Shown: positions 30,258-46,750 of the stretch, in pieces
Position numbering within the stretch: position 1 is the stretch's first letter
Layout of the letters: every line of letters starts with the position of its first letter
Assembly: GCF_009914755.1 (NCBI RefSeq)
Contig: NC_060933.1
Length of the DNA stretch: 64,000 nt
Source: the human T2T-CHM13v2.0 reference genome, Homo sapiens
Reading direction: 5' to 3' (one strand)
Position numbers and translations under genes: made by a program
The notes under the pieces: generated by a model
Seen by the model: only the letters and a program-made list of their open reading frames with translations
The model's database searches: none
Told to the model about the DNA's origin: nothing

Positions 30258-31796
30258 GTAAGCCATCACCTTAAGAAACTAGAAAAATAAAGAGCAAATA
30301 AAATAATAAAATAATAAAGAATGATATAGAATACAGAAAAATCATAGAGAAAAACAATGAAACAGTTCATTCTTTAATAAGATCAATAAAATTGATAAAC
30401 CTCTGGCCAGAATAATCAGAAAAAAGACGACACATCAATATCTAGAATGAAAGACAGGACATCACCATAGACCCTACGGACAGTAAAATAAGAGAATACT
30501 ATAAACACTTCATACCAATAAATCTGACAATTTAGATGAAATGAACAAATTACTTGAAAGACATAAACTACCAATGCTCATTCCAGAAGACACAGATAAA
30601 CTTGAATAGGCTAATGTCTACTAAAGTAACTGAACTAATAGTGAAAAACTTTCATTAAAGACAACTCCTGGCCGAGATGGCCTTACTGGTATATTCTACT
30701 AAACATTTAAAGAAAAAAATATCTCCCAAGAGCTGGGAGAAAGAGCTGAGCTGTCAGGTGTTGGAGTAGCTGATCAAAGCAACAAGTCAAAAATGAATTA
30801 AGCCTTCAGGCATTGCATTGGTATAAGCAAGAGGCTAAAACCAGGGAAAGCACCAACTCTCTCTGTTCCATTTTTTCCCAAGGAACAACTCACTAGTCAA
30901 GAGTCAGCTGGATCCACACAGACATGAGGGTTGGTTCACTGTTGAAGGAGCTTGGAAAAAAAGGCTTTAGCAGTTTGATGGATCTTGGGGGTATGGGTGC
31001 AAAGGAAGGGGGCTAAGGGTGGAAAAGTACTGGGTAGTGAGTCACAGTGGAAAAAAATGTCAAGGTTTTTCCACTCCTTCTTGCATAAACAGGCCTTGGC
31101 AGAGGTGTCTGAAGAAGACCTTGGCCCATGGCCTCAGATAGAGAGACCTAAGAATGAAAGTGCCAGGACTCTCAATGCAAATACTGTTACAAGAGCATGA
31201 CTAACAGGGGGCCCTGAGTCCTTGACTGCAACTCCCTTTAGAAACTGTAATGCATTGGCAGTACGCCAAGTCTGGTGTAGGGAGGGCAGCTTTTCCCCAT
31301 GTGGCCTCCTAGGTAAAGTCTGTAATTGTTTATGGTCAGGTCTGAAACATCACACATAGGTTTTTAACCATAAGCTAGACTCTCATACCAATTCTACATG
31401 AAATCCTCCAGAAAACAGAAGTGTAAAGGACACCACCCCTCATTTTTGTCACCCCTCAATGACAGCAGCATTATCCTGATACCCAAAACATGGCAAAGAC
31501 ACGAAAAAACTACAATATCCCTCATGAACACAAACACAAAAATCCTCAAGAAAATTTTAGTAGATCTAATCTGCCACGAGAGAAAAAGGGTAATAAATCT
31601 ATAATACCAAGTGGGGTTGAACCCAGAGATGCAAGGTTGGTTTAACAGTAGAAAATCAATCACCTAGTCCCCCATATCACTCGTCTAAAAACAAAACCCT
31701 TCATAGTTGAAAATGCATTTGACAAAATTTAACACCCATTCATGATACAAACTCTCAGAACAAGGAACAGAAGGGAATTTCCTCAAACCAAGAGGG

Positions 31797-32012
31797 CAGG
31801 AATTGGCAAATTTTTCCTGTAAAAGATTAGACAGTAAATATAGGCCTTATGGGCCAAACTATCTGTGTCACAACTCTAACTCTGCTGCTGTAGTGTTAAA
31901 GCAGCCATACACAAGATGTAAACTAATGAGCATGGCTATGCTCCAATAAAGCTTTATTTACAAAAACGGGTGGCATGCTGGATTTGTCACAGGTTGTAGT
32001 TTGCCAACTCTG
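31797..32012. mobile_element. MER58-like hAT MITE
   Basis: caggaattggcaaatttttcctgtaaa...gtagtttgccaactctg inverted ends. Confidence 0.8.
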
Positions 32013-32051
32013 CAATAGAGAGCATTAAAAAAAAAAAAAAAGCAAATATCA

Positions 32052-32345
32052 GGCCAGGCACGGAGGCTCATGCCTGTAATCCCAGCACTTTGGGAGGCTG
32101 AGACAGGCGAATTGCTTGAATCCAACAGTTCAAGACCAGCCTGGGCAACATGGCAAAACCCCATCCCTACAAAAAATACAAAAATTAGCCAGGCATGGTG
32201 GCATGTTCCTGCAGTCCCAGCTACTCAGGAGGCTGAGGTGGGAGGATCGCTTGAGCCTAGGAGGTCAAGGTTGTAGTGAGCTGAGATCACACCACTGCAC
32301 TCCAGCCTGGGTGACAGAGCAAGACTCTGTCTCAAAAATAAAATA
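32052..32345 (+). mobile_element. Alu
   Basis: Dimeric Alu with A tail. Confidence 0.93.
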
Positions 32346-32719
32346 ATATAGAATAAAATTTTAAAAAAGCAAACATGACACTTAATGCTAAAAGACAAGT
32401 GAATTTTCTCCAATATCAGGAAAAAGGCAAGGATGTTCACTCTTAACACTTCTATTCAACACCACACTGGAAGCCCTAGAAAATGCAATACAGATAGAAA
32501 AAAGTATTGATTGTAAGAAAGACATAAAACTATATTTATAGAAACCATGTTTGTTGATGTAGAAAATCCTAGAGAATACACCCAAGAGCTTCTAGAACTA
32601 ATAAATGAGTTTAGCAAGGTTGCAGGATACAAGGTCAATTATACAGCCTCCCTGCAAAACACTTCAGCTATATTTCTATATACTAGTAATAAAACATTAG
32701 AAAATGAAATTAAAAACTA

Positions 32720-32906
32720 GTCAAGCCTTGAGATGACTCTAGCCCTGGCCAATACCTTAATTGCAGCCTTGTAAAGGACCCTGAGCCAGAGGCCCCAGCT
32801 AAGCCCAGCCAAGATTCTTGGCCCATTGAAAAAGTGGGATAATAGGGTCTGTTGTTTTAAGCTGCCAGCTTTTAAGGTAAGTTGTTACGTAGCAATAGAT
32901 AATACA
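32720..32906 (+). mobile_element. MLT1 LTR 3' fragment
   Basis: ttgcagccttgtaaaggaccctgagccagagg...gttgttacgtagcaatagataataca. Confidence 0.7.
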
Positions 32907-34435
32907 TCTAGTGTCACAGTAATACACCCAGTGTTGGTGAGTATAGGAGTCACTGAAGCACTCTCACATATCACTGAGGGGAATGCAAAATGATACGACC
33001 ACTGCAGATTAGTTCTGCAGCTTCCTAAAAAGTTAAACATCCACTTACCACGGGATGTGGCATTCCTACTCCTGTCCCCATAAAGACCTGCACTAGAATG
33101 TTCATGGCTGCGTTATTCATAATAACCCCAAACTGAAAACAATCCAAATGTACATCAACTGGTAAATCAACAAATTCTGACATATACATATAATGGGATA
33201 CTATTCAGCAATACAAAGGAATAAACTACAACATGGATGCATCTCCAATGCACTATGTGAGTGAAAGGAGCCAGATTAAAAAGACTACATACCATATGGT
33301 TCTGTTTATATGAAATTCTAGATAATGTGAAACTTTACTGACTGATCAGTTTGCCAAAGGCTGGCAGTGGAGGGAGAAGGCTGACTGCAAAAGGGGAAGT
33401 AGGGAACTTTTGGGGGTGTTAGAAATGTTCTAGATCATGAGTGCAATGGTGGTTACACAGCTACAAACATATGTCCAAATGTACTGAATTCTTCATCTAA
33501 AATTGGTGAATTAGCTTTATTATATGTAAATTATACAACTGTACAACACATAATTTTATTGTATGTAAATTACACAAAATAATTTTATGCATTAATCTTC
33601 CTTTACAAAGAAAAAAAGATAATGACATCTTATCCATTTAATTAACCCTCGATGTGGTATATCTTTCCAACCCAACCTATCTACCCTTTTAGGTATGTTT
33701 CATTCACTGGTATTTTCAATTCAATCACCCAACAAATATTCTCTCCAGGATCTAATTATATAAAATTTTAGTTATCGTCTTTCACTTACTGTTATTACAC
33801 AAGAGACAATTAAATATTTTTAAAGCACAATTAAGTTACATAAATGTGCTATCAGTAACAACTGTAAAAAACACTCTCTCATCAAAGGTCAAAACTCTAC
33901 AAGGCAATAATCCCTGGTGTCAACTGTGCACCTGTGTACTGTTAGTCTGTGGCCAGTGTTACTGCAGTTTTATTATTTTCATAATAAATCCTATAATACT
34001 ACCAAATGCTCATATGGGTACTTATCCTTATAATCTGCTGTACCTCCAGGTCCCTGAGGTAAAAGAGACATTTCCAATAGGGAGAATGAGAGTAAAAGCC
34101 AAGAGTATGTAGCCTTCAATGATCCTGTTTTATAATGGTCCTTTCTCATTGTTTCTACTTTGGCAAACTCAATTTTAAAAAGCACAGCTACCTTGAGATG
34201 TAATTAAGTACTTTCTACCAAGGTCAAACCAGTGGTATGTTAAAGTAGAGCCCCTTCATATTCTACCTCACCAAACTTAGAGATGTACTAAATTTAGATT
34301 TCCAAGTCAAGCCAGCAAGATAAGACCTCTGGGGCAAACACCACCTCTGGACTTAACAATTATGCACAGTTCCTTTAACTTTCATGATCACTAAGATACA
34401 ATTGAGAAGACCTTTCTTGCTGACTGGGGGGTTTA

Positions 34436-34552
<117 letters not shown>

Positions 34553-36262
34553 TTAAACAGATACTTTAGCTCAAGTGCTTCTTTAATATGTCTTTATTAT
34601 GTATGAAACTATGTACTTTCTGAATTTCTGTGAGGGAATAGGTATATACACCACAGAGTCCTATCTTAAATGGCAGCTAGAATCTAAATTTAGCACAGGA
34701 ATTGAAAATCATATACAGCCAAAATTAGCCTTGAAAGATGCTTCCAAAGCATGTATATGGGAAAATGACCTGGTATCTCTCACTAAACCACTTCGTCCCT
34801 TAACAGTAAGAGACCACTATTTCTTTGGTTGAGCACTAGATGGAGGTAGCTGACTTATGTTTGAGTCATGCAGTGTCTTTAGATCCTAGAATCACTCTCA
34901 GCCCAATTGAGATAAACCACAATGAGAGGCACAGAGAACCCAAGGCTTTCGAAGGAGCTGGTAGATTCCGGTCTCTCATTGCATGCTCACTCCAGTGCAT
35001 ATATCACTAAAAAAAGTAGGTAAAATCACCTCCACTATTTAAATAGTTACCTTTCTTTTGCTCTCTTGTGTAAACTGCCTACGTTAAATGTACACACAGA
35101 GTGACTCCAGTGTGTAACATTTCTCAAACATCTTTGACCACTGCCCTCCCCACCTACTTTTGCTAAACATCTGAGAAAAACTAGAAATACTCCCTCATAA
35201 GACATGGGAAATAGCAAGCTAAGAGCTGTAAAGAATAGAAGAGATCCAAGAACAGAGATAGAAGGTATAAACAACCAATATCATAAATTTCTAAAGCAGA
35301 AAGGAACAATGGAGACCGAACGAATAACTAAAAGGCCTGAAATAAGGAATTCTCGACATTTGTAAAAAGAGGCCAGCATGGAAACGGAGGGATTTGGGAA
35401 AGGCTAATAACCAGAAAAAGAAAAGTGATAATCCCATACACTGGTATAATCCCAAGAAAAAAAGAATACTGCAAATGACAAAGAAGGACTGGTACATAAA
35501 TTTAACAAAATTTAACAGGATAGAGTTTGGAATTTTTTTAGGACTGCTTTTTATTTTTTTCTTTGAGATCTCAACAATATTTACAAGTTAGGGAAAAAAA
35601 TATACCAGTCATTGCTTTACTTCAAGCACTGCTGAGATGACCAGAGCTTCTGCTCATCTCTTTTCATAGGTGTCCTTACCCTTTCCTCCACTCTGGTACT
35701 AGAGCCCCTGGTACCAGCCTCGCCTCTGGTTCGGGCAACCCTTGTCCCTGACGCAGCTAAACTGCCTTTGCTTTCAGAATGCTTCGACATTTGGCCTTTT
35801 ATTTTCCCCACCTCATTCCTGGCTATTCCAACAACCTACTGTCTATACCAGAATGGACCCATCCAAAAATTCATCTTTACCTTCTTACAGGGCACAGCCC
35901 ATCCAGCTACATGGCGTGGCCGAGATGGAATAGAAGGTGATAGTTTAACTTCCATCCAGGTCATTTCCAACTTAAAGGTAAATGTTTTACCATGATTCTA
36001 ACTTCTCCCCACTCTCCTTCCTTCCCCACAGCTGTGGAGATAACCCAGCTACAACCATCTGCCTAAAAGGTTGCAGAGCCACACAACGGAAGGGCCTATA
36101 AATCCCTATGGGAGAGAGAAATAAACTTCTTTCCATATTGGGCCACTGCATTCTGGGACTCTTGCTGTAGTAGCTTATCCTTTAAAGCATTCTAAATTAA
36201 TTTTTATCAGTGAGAACAAGACTGTCTCAGAGTATTCTGCCCTAAATTTATTTGCAAAATTA

Positions 36263-36580
<318 letters not shown>

Positions 36581-38110
36581 CTAAAGCTCCAGTGTAGCTG
36601 CCTTAGTTCCTATACTTGGAACTCCCTTGAAAGAATTACCTGGGAAAATCTTACAGTTGATCAGTTAGTACAGTCATTTTTTCATTCAAAACCTTACTGA
36701 GGATGTGCCATTTATTCACTCAACAAATAATTACTCTTAACTACATATGCACCATTCTGGGCAGTATGGATACTACAGCAAGGCAAAAAATAAAACCAAA
36801 CAAATGAAAAACCATATAAGAACCACCACCAAGTTGCTGCTCTTATAGTAACAGAGGATGGACTTAGGGACAAAATATAGTCTATAGCATAATGGCAAAC
36901 GTGAGTAAAGGGACAGAGGACAGTCTCCTTGCAGCTCTCAGGGAGTGTGAGCTCTAATGGCTGTCAGGAGAATAAACCACGTGATGAGATAGGGGGCACC
37001 AGGCAGAGGGCACAGAAGGCACCATGGCCATGCAGCAGGAATGTGTATAGCAGGTCTGAGGAGTAACAGGACGGCCAGTGTGACTAGAGCAGAGAGAGTG
37101 TGGAAGAGAACAGAAAACAAGGGCAAAGAGGTAGCCACTGGCCAAATCCTCGATTCTCCAGGCTGGATGTTAGCCAGAGATTCAGAGAGGAATACAACAT
37201 GGAGTCCCTGCCCTTAAGGAGCCCACAGCCTGGTGGAGGCGACAAACCAGCTAATCAGCAGTTTGACAAATGCAATCACCAAGGCGAGGGCAGGCTGCTC
37301 TGGGGGCTCAGTGTTTGGCGCCTGGTCCAGGAATGGCATTCAGGAGTAACCCAAGGGTTCTGATGGACAAATGGGGCTAAAGGAAGGCTGGTGGGTAGAG
37401 AAATGACAGAGGAATCACACGATGTGACATCTGTAGAACTACCTACAAGTAACTGGGAATGTGGACAGTGGCAGAAGCTGGTGCTAAAGAAGCCGGCAGG
37501 GGCTTGATCAAAGAAAGATGTGTATATTGTCTGAGGACAAACTGAAAATGGTGATGCTGGTGGCATGGTAGAGTGGTGGTTAATGGCATGGGCAGGGTGG
37601 TCAGGCAGCCTGGGCTCTGTATCCCAGGTCCAGCACTTTGTAGCTCTGGATCCTCAGGCAAGTTGCTTCCTCATCTACAAATTGTGTACAGCACCCTATG
37701 AGGCTGTTAAGAGGATCATATAACACATTTAACTTAGAAGCAAAGTGTGTGGTATATAAAAAAAGCTAAAGGGATGCTTTTTCAAGCAAACAAAAATTTC
37801 CCTTTATGCTGAAATATATGGGAAAGATCTGTACTTGTTAGGATAATCAGACTTACAGCAGTAAGGTTGGGCTAGAGGAGGGGTGGGAAAGAAGCAGGGA
37901 ACCCCACGGGGAAGGTGCTGTGGTATTCCAGATGAGGAATCAGAGAACAGGTCAGGACCATTCTCCCAGATAAGAAGTTCAAATTGAGGCTAATTAGTTT
38001 TAAGATAAATTTTGAAGCCAAGGATGGTGTTATGAACTTAGGATCCTCACTCCTTTCCTACTAAAGCAAAAAGCAAAACCAGGAGAGCCTCATTTTCACA
38101 TACCACATAC

Positions 38111-38208
38111 CTGGTACTGTTGTGAGCTTGGTGAATATAACTTCAGAGCTTCGTTATACAAGTTTTTATCTTTTATCAAGTTTAAGCATTCTGGGAAGTA
38201 CTCAGGTC
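38111..38208 (-). CDS. ELP1: ELP1 exon 27
   Basis: cag|GA CCT...CAG|gtatg; [32 protein letters not shown]; 98 nt. Confidence 0.96.
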
Positions 38209-38299
38209 CTGCAGGAAAAAGATTCACACAAAGACAGGCTTAAGACATGGGAAGCATAATGGACTTCATTTATACCAATGGTCACCAAACAAAATAAAT

Positions 38300-38595
38300 G
38301 AGGAACTTTTTAAGACCTAAATAATCAGAGAATCTGAAGAATGGGATCCTGGAATTTGAATTTTTAATGAGCACCACTGCAGATTCTGAGGCAAGAGCAG
38401 CACTGATTGGGATCAGCATCCTACTTAAGAGTCCCAGCTTTCCAGCCCAGTGTTTTCTCAGCCTCCTTGAAAAGACATCACCTGGGAAGCTTATTAGACA
38501 CATGCACGCCTCAGTCCTATCCCAGACCACCTGAATCAGATTCTCCAAGGATGCCAGCAGCTGAAGGCTTAACATGCACCCCAGGTGATTCTTCC
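38300..38595. mobile_element. MER5-like hAT fragments
   Basis: catcacctgggaagctt...cctgaatcagattct...gcaccccaggtgattct motifs. Confidence 0.55.
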
Positions 38596-39053
38596 TTTCC
38601 CCCATCAGTCCTCAGTAAAGAATCACAACTGTTCCAGCATGGGAAGAACAACTGGCACCCCATCACTGTCAATTAAAACTGCGTCTTGCAGGGCACGGGG
38701 AGGTGGCCTCATCACTCTCTCCAGACAAGCAGAGTTTCCCTGACATGTCTGCAAACAGCATGAGAAGGAAGAACTGTCAACCAATTTTGATTCTGAGACA
38801 CTGAAGTTAACTTCACAGGTGCTCATTCTTAACCAAAAAAGGATCTACTTGACGTTCTTACCTAGGGAGCTCCTCCAGTTCATTAAAAGTGATTACCTTC
38901 AGCTTTTCAGAACACAGGACAAAATAACGTGAGCATACATAATTGTTAGAGTTTTCAGGAGTGGGAAGTGAAATCAGTCACTGTCTAAACTAACAGTTTA
39001 ATTTATACCTTGCCTAGTTCCAAAGAAGATCTGAAGTAGAGATAAACATACTA

Positions 39054-39191
<138 letters not shown>

Positions 39192-39346
39192 CTAAAAAAA
39201 TGATTAATGAGAACTTTATTACTTGTGATATTCATATATAGGAATAGAAACTAGCATTTACATATAGCAATAAACCCAAAGCTACATAATTTTTAAATGT
39301 GTATTATATATTAACTGCATATTATATAATATATAAAATCAAACTA

Positions 39347-39640
39347 CAGTTGTCCCCCAGTATCTATGGGGAATTGGTTCCAGGACACCCCAAGGATACC
39401 AAAATCCAAGCATACCCCAGTCCTACATTTGACCCCATGGAGCCTGGATACACAAAATGTTGGCCCTCTGTATCTGCAAGTTTCAAATCCTGCAAATATT
39501 GTACTTTTGATCCACACTGATTGTGGATGCAGAAGCCGTGGACACAAAGGGCCAACTGTGTTTGAGAGAGATCCACATTTAGATAAACCCACACAGTTCA
39601 AACTCGCACAGTTGAAACTCACGTTGTGCAAGGGTCAGCT
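39347..39640. mobile_element. TcMar-Tigger MITE (MER2-like)
   Basis: TA|cagttgtcccccagtatctatggggaattggttccaggacacc...gttgtgcaagggtcagctg inverted ends. Confidence 0.75.
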
Positions 39641-40116
39641 GAACATCAAACAAGCTTTGGCAAAAATGCTTTCACATACGGATATTAATAAGTTACACTT
39701 GGAATAATAGTAACTTCCTTAACTAAGTCTCACAGTATCATTTATTTCATAGGCTAATAAGGGAAATAAGGTTTCAGTCTAGAAGATATTCAACAAATGC
39801 ATCTAAGTTTCTCCTAAAAGTCTAAGACATTGCTCTTGGTGCTGTTTTCATGACATTCCATGCTCTCCTGAAATGATCACATTAAAACAAACATAAAATT
39901 ATACTGAGTTGGACACAAAACTCTGAGACCCTGCCAACCTAGTATTTATTGGCACTATCATCTCCAGCTCTATGCCATGCCCTGTAAGCAAATTGTTTTT
40001 CTTCCTAATGGAGAGGTGTTTCCTGTTTTTAATGCAATTTCCCTGGGCTGACAGGATAAATACATGTAAGAACAACATAGGAAGAAAACCCAAGACAACA
40101 AATAATTAAGTGCTCA

Positions 40117-40372
40117 TTCCCAGCACTCTGGGAGGCCGAGGCAGATGGATTGCTTCAGCTCACAAGTTTGAGACCAGCCTGGGCAACATGGCGAAACCCC
40201 GTCTCAACAAAAAAGATTCAAAACTTAGCCGGGCATGGTGGTGCACGCCTGTAAGCTGAGGTGGGATTGCTTGAGCCTAGGAGGCGTAGGTTGCAGTGAG
40301 CCAAGATGGTGCCACTGCACTCCAGCCCGGGTGATAGAGCCCGACCTTGTCTCAAAAATAAATAAATAAATA
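40117..40372 (+). mobile_element. Alu (5'-truncated, internal deletion)
   Basis: cccagcactctgggaggccgagg...ctcaaaaataaataaataaa. Confidence 0.88.
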
Positions 40373-41100
40373 CCGCACTCTAGATAAAGACACACTGTAG
40401 TCTGCAGGGGTAGGCACTGTGTGCAACAGAAGCATATAGGAGGGTCACCTCACCCAGTCCCTGGAGGGAAGCATGAATGGCTTACTGGGAAGAGGCCACC
40501 TTGGCATCCTTTAACCTAGATTAGTGAGAATTAGCCAGGGGAATGGTGAGGGTGGAAGCAGTCAAAGCCCATGGATGGCAGAAGTAATGCTGCCCACCAA
40601 GGCATGTGGTGGTGAGGGGCAAGGGAAGGGGGACAAAAGCATTGTCTTTCCTCCATGGGCAGAGGAAAAAAAGACAATACCAAGAAGTGAGAATGGAAAG
40701 ATACACAGAGGCCAGGTCAAGGAAGGGTTTTTAAGCAGTATTATGGCTTCTGAATTATATCCTCGGAACAATGGGAGCTCATGAAGTATTTTAAGCAGAG
40801 AGATGAAGGATCCGATTTTCATTTTTGGAGAGGTCATGGGGAAGAGACTGAGGCTGCAAAAAAATAAATAAAAAATATGCATACCAGTGGTGTTCAAAGT
40901 TTTTGATCATAGCACATGTACCAACATAGGAAAGGAGGCCATGAGCCTTCTGTGCTCCATGTGCCCACCCTCCACTAGAAAAAAGAGCCATGTGAGAAAG
41001 AACCGGAGTGGAACATGAACCACTTGTTACATTTCCTTTATAAGAGAAGAAATTAGCTCACACATATGCCCATCATCTTAAAAATAACCATGTAATTTTA

Positions 41101-41419
<319 letters not shown>

Positions 41420-41548
41420 TCACTTCTTCAACCTCACAATCAAAACACTTTCATAAGCACAGGGGCTTAGGAATGTGGGCCCTAGAAACTCACAGATCTG
41501 TCTCCAGCCCTGCACTCACAGAGTGATAGCAGAAAAGCTACTGCACTA

Positions 41549-41779
<231 letters not shown>

Positions 41780-41973
41780 TTAGAAAACAAAACAGAACAC
41801 AATCATTTGGGGAAAAAATCCACAGACCTAACAACATAACCAAAAAGACAATAAATTTTTCTCAACAGAACTGGACATCAGAAGAATACATACTTCTGAT
41901 ACTTTTATATATGCTTTAGAGGGCAGCACTGAAAAAAACTGACAAGGGTCTTAAAATGGCAACTAAAAAGTCA

Positions 41974-43315
<1,342 letters not shown>

Positions 43316-43626
43316 GGGAAAGATCATCAGAGAGAAAGATGCCATTTGATTTCAGTCTCCTAGGAAAAACAAGTAGTTTTATATGTATACCTAAAAATCA
43401 AGTGAAATAATAATTCTGAATGACATGTTTTAAGGACATAGTTTTAAACAGGCTGTTTTAAAAAGAAAGGAAAAGAGCAAAAAACCAACTGGCATCTAAG
43501 AGTTATAGCAATTTTTAAAAATGAACAGTAAGGAATTTTTCTTCTCTAGCTATTTATGCTTGATTTCCTTAACAAGAAGAGAGAAAACTATGGAAAAGAT
43601 ACACATGAATTATTCAAAATACTTAC

Positions 43627-43706
43627 TTCAATTCTGTAAAAAACAAGTTAATATGATTCACAGAATCTATCTGTTTAATGAAGGTTTCCACATTTTCAAG
43701 AAACAC
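43627..43706 (-). CDS. ELP1: ELP1 exon 22
   Basis: tag|GTG...TTG AA|gtaagt; VFLENVETFIKQIDSVNHINLFFTEL; 80 nt. Confidence 0.96.
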
Positions 43707-43786
43707 CTACCAAAAAAAGGACAAAACATCTTCGTTCAGATCATATTAGTTTAAGTACAAAGTAAGCTAGAGTAAATGACAGCTTA

Positions 43787-44020
<234 letters not shown>

Positions 44021-44102
44021 TTACAGAATAAAAAAATCAGGTACCACATTCATTTACCTTCTTAAAAGGTGTAATTTAGTCATCATGACTGTCTGAGAAC
44101 TA

Positions 44103-44555
<453 letters not shown>

Positions 44556-44945
44556 TCAGGCTTTTCTGGGTCATAGGCCCCGCTGTAAATCTATTGAAAG
44601 CTGTGGGCTTTCTACTTGAATAAATACACAAAGACAAGGTTTGGTGTGTACAATCTCCCTGGGTTCACAGGCCACCTAAAACCCACATGTGTTCCCTCAG
44701 GTTAAGAGAAGCCCTCCTTTATATGATGAGTGTCACGATTCTTTCTGCTAGGAATCTCCACTACAAAATACTGCATTAAAGTAAAAAAGTTAAAAAAAAA
44801 AAAAAGAGCCTCTAAGAATCTGATTGATGATATAGGTAATGAGGGCTTTTCATAATTTTAAGTTCTCGAAATTGTAATAAAATACTTATTGTCTTCACAC
44901 ATAAATCACAAGCTAACTAGTCGCAAACAGTACAATGGCACTTAC

Positions 44946-45019
44946 TTGTCCAACCACTTCCGAATCTGAGCTAAAACCAGGGCTCGATGATGAACAACTT
45001 CTAAGTTTCCCCTTGGCAT
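44946..45019 (-). CDS. ELP1: ELP1 exon 20 (the exon skipped in familial dysautonomia)
   Basis: tttaag|ATG CCA AGG...GAC AA|gtaagt; [24 protein letters not shown]; 74 nt, c.2131-2204. Confidence 0.98.
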
Positions 45020-45356
45020 CTTAAATAAATTAAAGCAGTAACATTTTTAATTAAGTAGAAAACATTTAAATAGCCAGGATACACCATTTTACCTAACTCT
45101 TCACAGAGAATTACCACAACTCTCTAAAATCAGCACACTTTTAGCAGAATCTTGTTGTTCTCTATATTTATCTTGACTTTCAAGAAAAGTTTCACTTTGA
45201 GCCTTATGGTCACAGCCTGTATCAACACTCCTTTGAATAAAGCTAACAGAAAACTATCAAGGAAAGGTTTACAATAAACGATACAAAGAATAAGAAAGCC
45301 TAAAATACAACCTGCAAGAATTATGCTTGGTACTTGGCTGAATGACAATCAGACTA

Positions 45357-45515
<159 letters not shown>

Positions 45516-45877
45516 CTAATAAGCCTTAATTATCACAACAAGCCACTCTCCATTAACTGCAATTGAAACTACACACATTATGTGAAATAGAAGAGAACAA
45601 ATAACAACCATGTGCCTTAGCTCTCCCACTGAACCTCAAGACTATCAGCCCTGCTGATGAACACGCTCATCCCTGGAACTTGCCCTCTCTCTTACAGAGC
45701 CCTCATGCACATTCACATACACAGCTTCTGAAATGATGTGGAGAAACACAGTTAAGAATTGGGGCAACTTCTCTATTTCTTAGCATTATCAGTGTACTAT
45801 AATCATATCAATGAAAGAAAGATTCCCTATTTCCAAGTTGGAAGCAAAGAAAATAAGTTGGCTTTTTAGAATAAGGA

Positions 45878-46056
45878 ACACACACACACATACACGCCAC
45901 ACACACATACACGCCACACACACATACACGCCACACACATACACGCCACACACACATACACGCCACACACACACACGCCACACACACATACACGCCACAC
46001 ACACATACACGCCACACACACATACACGCCACACACACATACACGCCACACACACA
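45878..46056. repeat. Minisatellite (CACACACACATACACGC)n, about 10 units of 15-17 bp
   Basis: ACGCC recurs at about 45894, 45911, 45928, 45943, 45960, 45975, 45992, 46009, 46026 and 46043. Confidence 0.95.
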
Positions 46057-46425
46057 GAGATAGATAGGGCATGGAACAGAAGACAAAATGCAGCCAATAT
46101 CCTACAAACCACTAGATGGAGCGCAGATGTACAGTGGAGGGTGGGCACAGTGGGAAAAGACTACACAGAAGGTAAAACATTGGGGATCTACATAGTAATT
46201 CCAAATAAAATATTAGATCAGTTACATAATAAAATTTCCTGAAAAGTTTTTAACTTTAGAATGTGCTGCTTAAGGAAGGAACTCCCTTCCTTGGATGTCT
46301 TTACTAAAGTGCAGAATGATTTAACTGAGATATTATGTTGAGATTAGGGTCTAAGTAAAATAACTCTAAAGATTTTCTCCAGCCTAGGACTCCTTGATAA
46401 AAAGCCAAAATAAATGAAGAATTCA

Positions 46426-46750
<325 letters not shown>

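Larger units (their letters stand above)
28700..33560 (+). mobile_element. Fragmented old L1 (L1M-type) with nested Alu, MER58, MLT1 and other insertions
   Basis: A-rich L1 ORF2-like segments (ctccaattaaaagacagagattgtc, ggagacttcaacact, gatgcaaggttggtttaac, ttctattcaac...ctggaagccctag, agcaaggttgcaggatacaaggtcaa) and an L1 3' region at about 32930-33560. Confidence 0.85.

Noticed and set aside
45789-46242. Repetitive Cys/Val-rich and His/Thr-rich ORFs, and a superficial CRISPR-like periodicity
   Set aside because: Translations of the CA-rich minisatellite; units are head-to-tail with no unique spacers, and the DNA is eukaryotic
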